From Octopus sinensis (Eukaryota), in contig NC_043009.1 in NCBI RefSeq assembly GCF_006345805.1, forward strand, positions 8,432,001-8,496,000: DNA of 64,000 nt, in the 5' to 3' direction. Every line of letters begins with the position of its first letter. Position 1 is the stretch's first letter. Positions 11,697-23,221 of this stretch are shown in pieces. The position numbers were made by a program, and so were the translations under genes. The notes below the pieces were generated by a model. That model was not told where the DNA came from. It did not search any database and worked only from the letters and a program-made list of their open reading frames with translations.

Positions 11697-12830
11697 ATAG
11701 GTGTGATTGTATGAGAAAAAGCTTGCTTCCCAACCAAATGGTTCCAGGTTCAGTCCCATTGCATGGAACCTTGGACAAGTATCTATATACTACTAAAACT
11801 CTGTGATTGTTTGCTTGCATGCTAGCTTGTATGCTTGTCTGTAATTTAATACAGCCAAACCGACACATAATGGGAAAATACTCTGAAAGTAAGGTACTCC
11901 TGAAATGTGAATATAAATGGAATAAAACAAGTTTCATGTAAATCGGACCACGGATTCCTGAGGTACGCGTTCTTTTTGGGTACCTTAATAAATAGCCTAA
12001 ATGGCACATAATGGGAAGATAGTCTGAAAGTGACACAACCCTGAAATGGGAATATACAAGAATTCCTTTTGCATTTTTGTAGAAGTGTGGACATATGTCA
12101 TAAATAAATGTGTTACTGGAGTTCAAGATTATCTTGGAGATTCTATTTCTATTAGATGTTAATTCTATTAGTTTATCCCGGAAGTTCTAGTTCTATTAAA
12201 TAACCAATAAAACCTTTAACATGAACTTGTAAACCAGACCTATGATGACACAAACGAATTGAAACATTTAATGGAATCATCATAAAATTAGCTTTCATTT
12301 CAATGCAATCTTGAAATCAGCTTCAATGTTTTATAACCTGAACCGTCAGTGTGCCAATGTGTCACAGGTAGTCTAGTCTTCTACTAAAGCCTTGGGCTGA
12401 CCAAAGCCTTGTGAATGAATTTGGTAAATGGAAAGTGAAAGAAGCCTGTTATATGTATATAGTGTAATAACAATAATAATCCTTGGATGAAATTCATAGA
12501 TATTTTTAATGTATCGCAATGTGCATTTCCACAAATCACATGTCTGTATTCCTGGGATGATTACAGTGTAGTCTGTTAGCCAGAATAATAGAATAGGAGA
12601 TTTTACATGCATATTCAAAACTTTTCCCATAAACGAACTAAATGATATATATGTGTGTGTGTGTGTTGATTTGTGTAAGTCCCTCTAACTTAGCACTTTG
12701 GCAAAAGAGAATGATATAATAAATACAAGGCTTTAAAAAGTAGTTAGTACTGGGGTTGATTCATTCAACTAAAATTCTTCAAGGTGGTGCCCCAGCATGG
12801 CCACAGTCTGATGACAGAAACAAGTAAAAG
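11697..12830 (+). mobile_element. SINE-A split by a Helitron (11697-11781 + 12377-12830)
   Basis: Head ends GGACAAGTA and the body resumes TCTTCTACTAAAGCC, reconstituting the consensus GGCAAGTGTCTTCTACTATAGCC. Confidence 0.8.
11782..12376 (+). mobile_element. non-autonomous Helitron, complete (595 bp)
   Basis: Inserted at A^T without TSD; 5' TC, 3' CTAG; 17-nt imperfect hairpin at 12350-12366 just upstream of CTAG. Confidence 0.8.
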
Positions 12831-13324
12831 AATGTCTGTATTCAGTACATATCAGAAGGGTGCCAATCACTGCCATTTCTATCATTGTAGTGCTACCCTC
12901 CATTAAATAATCTTTGTGAAAAAGAAGCCACTAAGGTTTATATAATATCTGAAATATAATCTACAGAGAAAAAAATAATCATAAATAAATGGAAGAAAAT
13001 TTATAAATTGAGGTATAATGGCTGTTTTAACATTTTTAAATATGTATATCACTGGTGACTGCCATGGGACAGAATGAATATAATATTCATTCTGTACTGT
13101 GAAGGTCACCTGTGATACCTGTTCCGTAAATCAATATGGTTGTTTATGTGATGAATTAGAATATTATATGGTTAAAAAAATCAAAAATCACATAATTCAC
13201 TACAATATTTAACTGGTGGAACCAATGAAAATATGATGCAAAATGGGCTTGACAGATAGAGTGCCTATGTAAAGGACCACATGTGAATATGAGTCACATT
13301 TTTAGGCCAGCATTAATTTTAAAG

Positions 13325-13938
13325 CAGGGGTTCTCAACTGGGGTACATATGACTCCTGAGAGTCCATATAAGATTTTTTGGGGTCCATGCAAACAGTATA
13401 GTAAAGTGGAGGTCAACATTAGTATATTACGGGTCCATGAAAAAGTTTTGATTTCGATGAATTTATTGCAAGAAATAGCTGAATTTCTTTCTCAAATGTT
13501 TTATGTCATTCCACCAATACAAGTGTGGAGGCACGTGGCTTAGTGGTTAGGGTGTCAGCATCATGATCGTAAGATTGCGGTTTCGATTCCTGGACCGGAC
13601 AACGCATTGTATTCTTGAGCAAAACGCTTCATTTCACGTTGCTCCAGTCACTCAGCTGGCAAAAATGAGTAACGCCGCAATGGACTGGCATCCCGTCCAG
13701 CTGGGGAACACATATGCCATTGAAACTGAGAAACCGGGCCCATGAGCCTGGCTAGGCTTTAAAAGAGCACATTTATTTTTTTTATTACCAATACAAGTGA
13801 ATGTGTGAGAAACTGAATAAGAATTTTGGAAGAAGCATCTATAAAACTAGATTTTAAACATTGAATGGTTATGGAAGTCCACTGGAATAAAATAGTAATC
13901 AAAGGGTTCAATAGATAAAACATGGTTGAAAATCCCTG
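13325..13938. mobile_element. hAT (Charlie/Buster-like) MITE copy 2, interrupted by SINE-C
   Basis: TIRs CAGGGGTTCTCAAC / GTTGAAAATCCCTG; 8-bp TSD TTTTAAAG (13317-13324) / ATTTAAAG (13939-13946). Confidence 0.85.
13526..13786 (+). mobile_element. SINE-C with a V-domain-like core
   Basis: tRNA-like head GTGGCTTAGTGG..GGTTTCGATTCC; core GCAATGGACTGGCATCCCGTCCAG; 13-bp TSD ACCAATACAAGTG at 13513-13525 and 13787-13799. Confidence 0.9.
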
Positions 13939-14160
13939 ATTTAAAGGATCCCATTTGAACGCAACATATTTGAGCAAACTCTGTATTGTACATGCATCTT
14001 TATGAATCATTTTCTTCATAACAGTATTAAGTATATCAGTGAAAAACCATTCTTTGTATACCTGGTTATATAATATCCTGGTTGTTATGGATCTCTGGTT
14101 AAAAACTGGAAATACATTAGAGTGTAAAAAAATGGTGAAAATACAGGTGTAGGATGCAGC

Positions 14161-15170
14161 ATGTTTAAACGAGAAATACTGGATCATGTTTCAAAATGGA
14201 AAAATTGTAAACATTGTGATGAGTACATATCATTTGGATTTATATACAACTACCATGATGGCAAAGAGAAGCCAAAGTGTGTTCTGTGTTATGAAACATT
14301 GTTTAATGAAAGCATGAAGCCAGCCAAACTTTGTCGACATTTAGAAATGATGCATAAAGAAAACACGAACAAACTCGTTGAATATTTTCAAAGAGGACAG
14401 CAAGAACTACTTTTGTAACGAAAGTCAATAGGAAAAAAAATAACAACTGGCTACGATAATATAAATGCTGCGTTTGCATCATATGATTTGTTTCTTTTAA
14501 TAGCGAAGAGTGGAAAACCACACACAACAGCGGAGGAACTAATTCTGCCTGCTGCCAAAGCAATTGCCTTTAGAATGCATGGAGACAAAGTAGTAAGGAA
14601 TTATGCTATGATTCCATTATCAAACAACACTCTGAAGCAGCAAATGGAAGACATGTCTGATAGTGTTAAAAATCTGATAGTGAAAAGAATGCTTAAATGT
14701 GAAAGCTATTCCTTACAATTAGATGAAAGTAAAGATATTTCTAGCTGTGTTGCTTTGAGTACATTCATACGGTATGAATTTAATGGTATGATTAGTGAAG
14801 ATTTTCTGTTTTACCAATCATTGCCATCACATGTAACTAGTGAATCTATTTTTAATAGTTTGGATGAGTTTATAATTGAAAATGAAATTAGGTGCTCAAA
14901 ATGTGTACAAGTCAATGCTTTTGGGGTTCTTGTAATGTCAGGAAAATATTCAAGGTATAATACCAAATGTCAGATGAGCACATTGCTGGTAGCAAGGAGC
15001 ATGCCAAGAAAATTGAAGATGACACTGAAGGAGGCATTGAAAATAGTTGATTTTATAAGAACTCATCCATTAAATTCTCAGTCATCTTTTCTAATTGGTA
15101 GATTTATATTCAAAATTTAACAAAATACAGAAATGCTTGCAAGGCAAAGATGTTACAAGTATTCAAACCT
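14161..15170 (+). pseudogene. hAT (Buster/Charlie; ZBED5/SCAND3/FAM200-like) transposase remnant
   Basis: ORFs 14161..14418 (KPKCVLCYETLFNESMKPAKLCRHL, BED-finger-like) and 14488..15120 (KSGKPHTTAEELILPAA, YSLQLDESKD, FIRY, EDFLF); frameshifts, stops and deletions. Confidence 0.9.
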
Positions 15171-15569
15171 GAACACTGCTAATAAAAATGAAAATTAAAT
15201 AGGCCTTTTTTTATCTTGGAAGCGCAAGGTAAAACAGGCGTATTTAAATTTTCGTTGCCACACAGAGATTACAGCTACTTTCCATATTTATGGTAGCTGA
15301 AGAATGAGAAAAAGGGGAAAATTTTCAGTAGTGATCTAGAAATATCCATAAATCACCCAGAGAGATTAAAGAAAGACACTAAAGTACATTTGCAATGTAC
15401 TTTAAAGAATATTTTGAGTTCAGTCCCATAGCATGGCTCATTGGACAAATGTTTTCTACTATAGCCCTGGACCATCCTTTAAGTGTCTACGCATGTGTGG
15501 GTAGGTGAATATATATATATATATATATAAAACCTATAACAGTGATGTAACCAGCCCACTTACGCATAC

Positions 15570-16068
15570 TTTTCCTTCATTGGACACTAAACTCTGCTTG
15601 CGAAGATCTGTTGAGGCAAGTGAAATTGAAATCGAATCAAATTCAATGACTGGCACCCGTACCAGTGTAGTGCTAAGAGCACCATCCAAGCGTGATGATT
15701 GCCAGAGCAGCTGACTGGCTTCCATGCTGGTGGCACTCAAAAATGCCAGTGGCACGTGAAGAAACATTCAAGCGAGGTCATTGCCAATGCCGCTGCACTG
15801 GCTCCTGTGCAGGTGGCATGTAAAAAACACCATTTGAGCATAACCGTTGCCAGTACAGCCAGACTGGCCCTCATGCCAGTGGCATATAAAAGCACCCTTT
15901 ACATTCTTGGAGCGGTTGGTGTTAGGAAGAGCATCCAGTGGTTGGCATTAGGAAGAAACTCTGCCAGATCAGATTGGAGCCTGGTGCAGCCATCTGGTTC
16001 ACCAGTCCTCAGTCAAATCGTCCAACCCATGCTAGCATGGAAAGCGGATGTTAAATGATGATGATGAT
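15570..16068 (+). mobile_element. long repeat-D (LINE 3'-UTR with internal GTGGCAC-containing subrepeats)
   Basis: Ends CCAACCCATGCTAGCATGGAAAGCGGATGTTAAATGATGATG. Confidence 0.85.
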
Positions 16069-16069
16069 A

Positions 16070-16085
16070 TATATATATAGATAGG

Positions 16086-16158
<73 letters not shown>
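16070..16158. repeat. (AGAT)n microsatellite
   Basis: Directly visible. Confidence 0.95.
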
Positions 16159-16159
16159 G

Positions 16160-16402
16160 TGTGTACTGTCTCCTTGCCTTGACATCATATGATAGATATA
16201 AATGAGTGTCACTGTCATACAGTCAGTGTCCTCTATTACCAATTTCTGGCAAAAACATGTCTGGTCCATGAGGAAATATTGTCTTAATTGGAAACAGGTG
16301 ATGGTTGACATCAGAAAGGAGATCTGGGTGTAGAAAATCCACCTCAACAAATTCTGTCTGATCCATGTGAGCATGGAAAAGTGAACATCAAAATGATGAT
16401 GA
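16160..16402 (+). mobile_element. 3' module of the SINE-A/RTE-tail type
   Basis: Homologous to 1415-1650 and to the reverse complement of 54800-55040. Confidence 0.75.
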
Positions 16403-16432
16403 TTATATATATATATATATTATATATATATA

Positions 16433-16513
<81 letters not shown>

Positions 16514-16543
16514 TGTATATGTATATGCATGTATATATATATA

Positions 16544-16590
<47 letters not shown>
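16403..16590. repeat. compound (AT)n/(GT)n microsatellite
   Basis: Directly visible. Confidence 0.95.
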
Positions 16591-16591
<1 letters not shown>

Positions 16592-16760
16592 ACTAAAACT
16601 CTGTGATTGCTTGCTTGCTTGACTGTCATTTAATACAGCCAAACAGGTACATAATGAGAAAATACTCTGAAAGTAAAGTACCCCTGAAATGTGAATACAA
16701 ACGGAATAAAACAAGTTTGGTGTAAATCAGACTACCGGTTTCCAAGATACATTTTGGGGT
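16590..16760 (+). mobile_element. second copy of the Helitron 5' region (3' end uncertain, possibly TTAG at ~17308)
   Basis: ACTAAAACTCTGTGATTG..ATACAGCCAAAC..CTCTGAAAGTAA matches 11790-11960. Confidence 0.75.
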
Positions 16761-16929
16761 TTGTTCCTACAAATTTAAGCAGTAAAACCTGCAGTTATTG
16801 CCCTTTACTGTGAACACCAGAAAGCTTTTTGCTGGTGTAACTACAGATGTGTACCCCACTGACTTTGTTGCCTCATACAATGAACTCATACTTTGAATGC
16901 TTAAAATTCTTAAAAACTGAAACCAAGTT

Positions 16930-16960
16930 TCCACACCACATTCAGTTGGGACACCCTGTA
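16930..16960. mobile_element. possible Tc1/mariner TIR remnant
   Basis: ..GTTGGGACACCCTGTA resembles a TACAGGGTGTCCC-type end; no partner end found. Confidence 0.3.
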
Positions 16961-17921
16961 TCACTTATACATATTTTACAAATCATAATATTTATTGCTT
17001 ATTTACAGTTCATACAACATTTTCATGAAACTAACTGAGCCATCGAATTTAGAAATATTTTACAGGTTCTATTGTTTATGTTTGATTACTTTGAATATTG
17101 ATTTTTTTTGTGTATCCAGTTTCTAATCTTTATACTTTATTTGACATGTGAGTAGAACTCATGTCTGAAAACCTTGTGACATACTTAGATTGTTGAAAAA
17201 ATCGTGCAATAGGGCCCCTCGAATGGATCCTTCTATCTACTATATATTTCTAATATTTTAATTAAACAACCCGAGGGATATAACCCTACCACTTGCAGTT
17301 TTTAGTGAAGCGATCAATATTTGATTCTCACGATCAGCCGACTTAATTCTGCATATCACTACTCAGTTTTGAACTGCTAAACATTATTATTTCACTTCCT
17401 TAATTTGAATCTTAAACCTTAAAGACTTCATTCATACATTTCTATACATACATACATACTTTTTTGAATGCCCATTACTCCGATAATTTTGCATTTTTAC
17501 AGTTACACTTTTTCCATGAGAGTAGATAAATTTTTTATTCCACAATGTATTTGTAGTGGCTTCATGCAGGCATAGTGTGAATTCGATCCTTGATTGCCAA
17601 ATTTCACTAAACACTTCAACAGCACTTTTCTCAAGGTAAAACAATAGCTTTTCTGTGAATGACAGCAGTTATACATTTCTCAGATGCATTCTCCAAGCAG
17701 AATAATGTCTTTGCCACTTGACCCTTCTAACCTCTTCTAGGACCCCAGAGGCTGGAATGGAGATTCCCTCCTCCAGCTGAGAGTTTTTTGTACTTTTTCA
17801 CCACAGAAAATACACCTTTTGTGGCAGTCATAACGTAATTGCTTTCTTATATCAGAGTAATAAGGCATTTCAATAGAACATCTTTACCCCCAGGAATTAC
17901 CTGTTATACCAGCTAGTATGT

Positions 17922-18068
17922 CATCATCATCATCATCATCATCATTTAGCGTCCGTTTTCCATGCTAGCATGGGTTGGACGGTTTAACTGGGGTCTGTGA
18001 AGCCGGAAGGCTTCATCAGGCCCAGTCAGATTTGGCAGTGTTTCTATGGCTGGATGCCCTTCCTGACG

Positions 18069-18070
<2 letters not shown>
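17922..18070 (-). mobile_element. repeat-D, 5'-truncated
   Basis: (CAT)n followed by TTAGCGTCCGTTTTCCATGCTAGCATGGGTTGGACG. Confidence 0.85.
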
Positions 18071-18121
<51 letters not shown>

Positions 18122-18320
18122 GTATAGATATATGTATATATATATATGTATATATATATATGTATATATATATATGTATATATATATGTATATATATATA
18201 TGTATATATATATATTATATATATATGTATATATATATATATATATATATTGTATATATATATGTATATATGTATATATATGTATATATATGTATATATA
18301 TGTATATATATATGTATATA

Positions 18321-18363
<43 letters not shown>

Positions 18364-18423
18364 GTATATATATATATATTATGTATATATATATATGTAT
18401 ATATATGTATATATATGTATATA

Positions 18424-18464
<41 letters not shown>

Positions 18465-18505
18465 TATGTATGTATATATATATATATTATATATATATAT
18501 ATATG
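18071..18505. repeat. ~430-bp (TA)n/(TATATG)n microsatellite array
   Basis: Directly visible; source of the Y/I/M-rich ORFs. Confidence 0.95.
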
Positions 18506-19238
18506 TGAATTTTTACTCTCACACATTTACTCTGTACAGGCATATGTGCACATAGATATTCACTCATGCAATATATTTGAATACTTATATATGTGTATAT
18601 GCACATGTAAGTGAGTGAATGTCTCAATTAATACATGATCACATATACACAATTACGCAAAATGCTTATATTTAGTATAAACATATTGAAATGAAAAAAA
18701 AAATTGCTGTAAAAGTTTGTTAAAGGAATCCTTACATATATTACAAGAATTAATTTAAGATTTCAGGTTTTTGAACAGCGTGACAATGCTGCAGAGAACT
18801 TGAGGAAAGCCTATTGTTAGCTCAATGCTGAATTGAAAAGATGATTCAATGAGAGAATATCAATGTGGTTGCTTGGTGTGTTAGAAGTAGCAGCCAAGCC
18901 TCTTTTTAATCATGCTTTACTGCTGTCTTACAAATGGAAAGACAAGACAAATGGGTGGAATATATGGCCCTTATGTTCAGTGTTTTTTGTTTTCTATTTA
19001 GTCATAGCGAGAAAAACAACATCCACGATCCTTATTTTTCAGGGTTTCTGAGAAAGGTTTGTTTATCCCCAATCAGAAGAACTGGCTCAAATGCTTACAA
19101 CAGAGTGAATTCCACCAAAGGCATTCAAAGACCAATCATGTAGAGATTTTAAACTGGATGGCAGGTTAAGTGCTTGAGAGAGAGAGAAAAAACCAGAAGG
19201 GTAGGTCACAGACAGAATACATTTGATCATTGGTCTCA

Positions 19239-19544
19239 TTAACATGTTAACTGCCACATGTACCACCCATGGTTCATCACAAACTTCACACAACTTCCGT
19301 ATGCACCACCAGTGGTACATTTTCATAATTTGAGAAAATATTTCATTCTGTATCTTTGATAAAGTTTTGAGGATATTTAAAATAACATGAGTGCTAAATA
19401 TTAAAGTTTAATTACGAAATATTGTAAAAATGCAAAACAAAATTCCATTTCCTCGTAATTAAACAACTGTATGTTATGTGACCCACAGAATTCATGGTAT
19501 CACCAGTAAATTCCAGCAACAGGCCATAGAGGTTAACATGTTAA
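19239..19544. mobile_element. TTAA-flanked (piggyBac-like) MITE
   Basis: TTAA-CATGTTAAC at the left end and GTTAACATG-TTAA at the right end. Confidence 0.65.
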
Positions 19545-20367
19545 TCAATGCTAACCTGGGGCTAAACTACATCTGTTGCTGCTTCTACTACTACTACTAC
19601 TACTACTACTGCTGTTGCTGCTTCTGCTTTTGTTAGGAAGGAATAAAAATTAGGTATCCGGATGCTTTGTATCAGATGTTACAATTTGTTTCACTTAGCA
19701 GGGAACACTTCTTTATATTTTTTGTTAATTTTTTTTCCTCTTAATTAAATATGATATTAATACATGATAGCATATACATTTTTCATGTAGGCTTTTGGTT
19801 TTCTCTCACCTCCACCCCTTCATTGAAAATGCAGTGACAGTAAATGACAAAGATTACAATTAAGGTGGTGGTGGTGGTGGTGTACATATATTTTGTATGC
19901 TGTTTTGTCTCCATGTTTGTTCTTCCACAGTCAATAATCATTTACTTTTTGTCTTTCACTGCTCTCTCTCTCTCTCTCTCTCCTCTTCATTGCAAGCCAT
20001 GTGTTAAACCCATAAAAACAAACTTGTTGAGCCAGCTAACTAAGCTGAAGCTAGCCCCTGAGTTTTGTATCCAGTCTACCATATCGTTGAAATAATAAAT
20101 AACACAAAGACACCCTCTTCTCTTCTCTTTTTTTCTGGAAGGTGTGGGGGGGGGGCAACAAAATTTCTCTTCATGACAAACATCATCTGTGTTTACTGTA
20201 GCATAGTGCTCTTGTCCTGCGAGTCTCGATCTAGCCACACCTGTCACCCAGGATATATGCATGACACAACTCTATTCCAATTATGATTCACACTATATTG
20301 AATAGAACAGGTTCATAACTTAGATTAGTAATATTGAACATTAATAAATATGGAAGGGGCAACTTGG

Positions 20368-20459
20368 AAAGAGAGAGAGCGAGAGAGAGAGAGAGAGCGA
20401 GAGAGAGAGAGAGAGCAAGAGAGAGAGAGAGAGAGCAAGAGCAAGAGAGAGAGAGAGAG
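20368..20459. repeat. interrupted (AG)n microsatellite
   Basis: Directly visible. Confidence 0.95.
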
Positions 20460-20745
20460 TAAGTCAATCTCGATCATCATTCTGCTCCGACAGCATCAAA
20501 GAACTCATAAAATATAATAAAACCCACTAAAATACTGAAAGTAAATAAATAATAAGAAAAAGAATGTAATAATCAATAAAAGACTTATTTTTTTTTATAC
20601 ACATCATCAACAACCCAGAGATTTTATTTAAGGCCACTCTTGGTTTTTTTTTTTTTTTGTTACAACCAACGTTTTAACCTACTACATTTTCTGTGTGTAT
20701 ATGAGTTTTTTTGGGGTTTTTTTTTGGTTTTATTGCAATGGGTTT

Positions 20746-20811
20746 TCAGTCGTGAGTTAGAAGTTCCACTGTGTCCGTGATCTTAGCAGGCAGGCCTCCT
20801 ATGAGGAGTAA
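20746..20811. other. candidate short terminal exon, strand unresolved
   Basis: GC/CpG-richer patch in unique DNA. Minus: acceptor at 20799-20800 gives xGLPAKITDTVELLTHD*. Plus: T-rich tract + TTTTCAG gives RELEVPLCP*, or the next AG gives KFHCVRDLSRQASYEE*. No homolog recognised. Confidence 0.2.
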
Positions 20812-22019
20812 TGGTTTGAGATGGACGGAGAGGAAATATAAAAAATGAGTTTGACTATGTGTGTAAACTATTTCTGTTTTTTTATAGATTCGCAAGCTTT
20901 ATATATTGCACTATAAAGTAAACGCATGATCAAAGTCATTGCACTTTTATTTTTTTTTATTTTAGAAGCTACTGATATTTAAAAAAAAAAAAAAGGAAAA
21001 AGATCATTTCTTCAAAGTGCTGCTAGGCTACCCTCATAAAGGTAGTTAAGACGTATTTATCTCGTCAGAGAGGACACTTTAAAGGAAATATTAATAAAAA
21101 ATAAAAAAAGCAAATACCGATATGGGTTCACCTATTTAGCATTTCCATATTTTCATCACTTTGTTGTCATTATCCCAACAAGGTAACCAGTTCTGGAGAT
21201 GTTATACTCAAAAAGTGCCACTGTCAAACTATCTCCTATTCTCATTAAATTCTGTATAAGTCAACGGGCTTGCTTGATCTACTAAAAATAGTAACCAAAT
21301 TCCCTCAACTCACAGCCTGCCATCTTCAAAAAGGACCAAATCTACACTCTTGTTGTTTGTCAAAACAAACGGGGAAATCCTTTCCACACTAGATGATTGA
21401 TGAGGAAACACTCGACCCCCTAGGACCTGTGCTGGTCAAGGAAAAGCCAGTCTTTTGTTTAGGGTTTGACCTACATTACTGACCATAGTCTATATAATAG
21501 AGAGAATTTCCTATCTCTTCCTCTTTTGTGTAAGCCAGACCAAGGGGCAGCACCAACTTTTGCATCAGCCTTGATCAAGAGCAGCACTTCCCTTCACTCG
21601 ACATGCGAAGAGAGGCTTTTGGCCACAAGAAAGACGATGCCACATGTATCCTTTCTTCTTTTCTAGTCAGCACCGTGCATTCCTTTCTCTTTCACTTTCT
21701 ACTGACAGCAACTTCTACACTATCAACCATTAACCAATGAGCCATCCTTCTTGTCATTATCACTAGAATTGCTGCTGTCTCTTTAACTACCTGTTAAGCA
21801 AACGAATAAGCATATGTAAATATTATTTCTTCCTTCTTCGTGTTCATTCTGCATGTTTACTGGTTTCTCCAATGCGAGAACCTTCCAGCGTTACATCTAC
21901 ACATTACATGTTCATAATGAGCTCTCAGTTCCTTAGTATAAAAGTGAAATTACTTTTCGTGCAAGGAAGTTTCCAATATTTAGAAATTTTGGTGTGTCCT
22001 TTCTGACTTAGAGACAAGC

Positions 22020-22390
22020 TTGTCTTTCACTTAGAAACGAGATCAAACAGACTTTGCTCAGAGTCATTCCAGTTGTGACCCTTCTTTTAAAGGATATGGA
22101 GAACTACATTTCCTCTCTCCTTTCCTTATTTGAGATGGTGAGAGGGGTGATTTGAGGGAGAGTTGGCTGTTATTTCTAGCAAGCCAAGCGATCACATAGA
22201 GGCTCCTGAATTGCTATCTAGCACTAGATCAGCCTTGAATGAGCAGACCTATGATCATAGATATTCCAGTCGTGGCCATCTCATCTTCTAAGGTGTGTCC
22301 ATTCCTTAAGTTGATAGATGATTTGAGGGAGATATAGCCGTTATTTCTAGCATGCCAAGCAATTATGTAGATGCTCCTTCTTTGAACTTG
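22020..22390 (-). mobile_element. two adjacent repeat-E copies
   Basis: GATTTGAGGGAGA..TTATTTCTAGCA occurs twice. Confidence 0.7.
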
Positions 22391-22834
22391 CAGGTATTTT
22401 ATTGTATTTTTAAGGCATTTTATTAGTGCATTTCTTCAGTTCACTCGGCTGTCAGAAGAAATAAGTTCTTGAAGAAAAGGTCACTTGAGTTAACCATCCA
22501 TTGACAGATATTTCTGAATATATAAGGTCAAGTAATTTTGTATGGAGTATAAAAAAAATATTTATCGTTATAATTATTACTTTATAATTATTGATTACAG
22601 AATGTTTAATAATGCCAGAAAGATTTTCTTAGATATTCAATATTTTCTTTAATGATAATTACCTCTCTAGTGTATTCTTAATAAGCTTGTTATTATAATA
22701 GTTTTTATGTCTTTTTTTCTCCTTCTTACTCTCAAAATAAATGAAATAATCTTGTAAAAACTGCAACATGGTTGTATAGTAAAGAAGCTCACTCTACAAC
22801 CACATGGTTTGGGGGTTCAGTCCCACTGTGTGAC

Positions 22835-23037
22835 ATCATCAACATTTAACATCTGTTTACCATGGGTCAGATAGCTTGTCAGGATCTGGCATGGCCAGGG
22901 GCCACACCAGATTCCAAGGTCTGTTTTGTCTTGGTTTCCTGACACCAACCACTCTACAGAGTGTACTAGGTGCTTTTTACATGGCACCTTGGTTTTAGGA
23001 TCTCAATTCTGTTTTGATGGGTGGGTCTTCTCAAGTA
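22835..23037 (-). mobile_element. old repeat-D copy
   Basis: CATCATCAACATTTAACATC..CCAACCACTCTACAGAGTG. Confidence 0.65.
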
Positions 23038-23221
23038 CAGTAATCCCTCACTATATCGCAATTCACCTATCATGCTCTCAGTACATCGCGGATTTTTCTG
23101 GCTAATATATGTAAATTTATATTGCGGACTCCTCAGTATGTCGCAGGTTTCTATGGCCAATAGATATTTATAGATTTTAATTATTTATGTGGTAAAATAA
23201 GCATTTTCATGCCTAAAAATT
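23038..23221 (+). mobile_element. Tigger/pogo-like (Tc1-mariner superfamily) left end
   Basis: TA followed by CAGTAATCCCTCACTATATCGC..CATCGCGGATTTTT; right end absent. Confidence 0.6.

Noticed and set aside
17997-18555. Long Y/I/M/C-rich ORFs (also 16381-16714 and 32444-33074)
   Set aside because: These are translations of (TA)n/(TG)n microsatellites, which lack stop codons in several frames.
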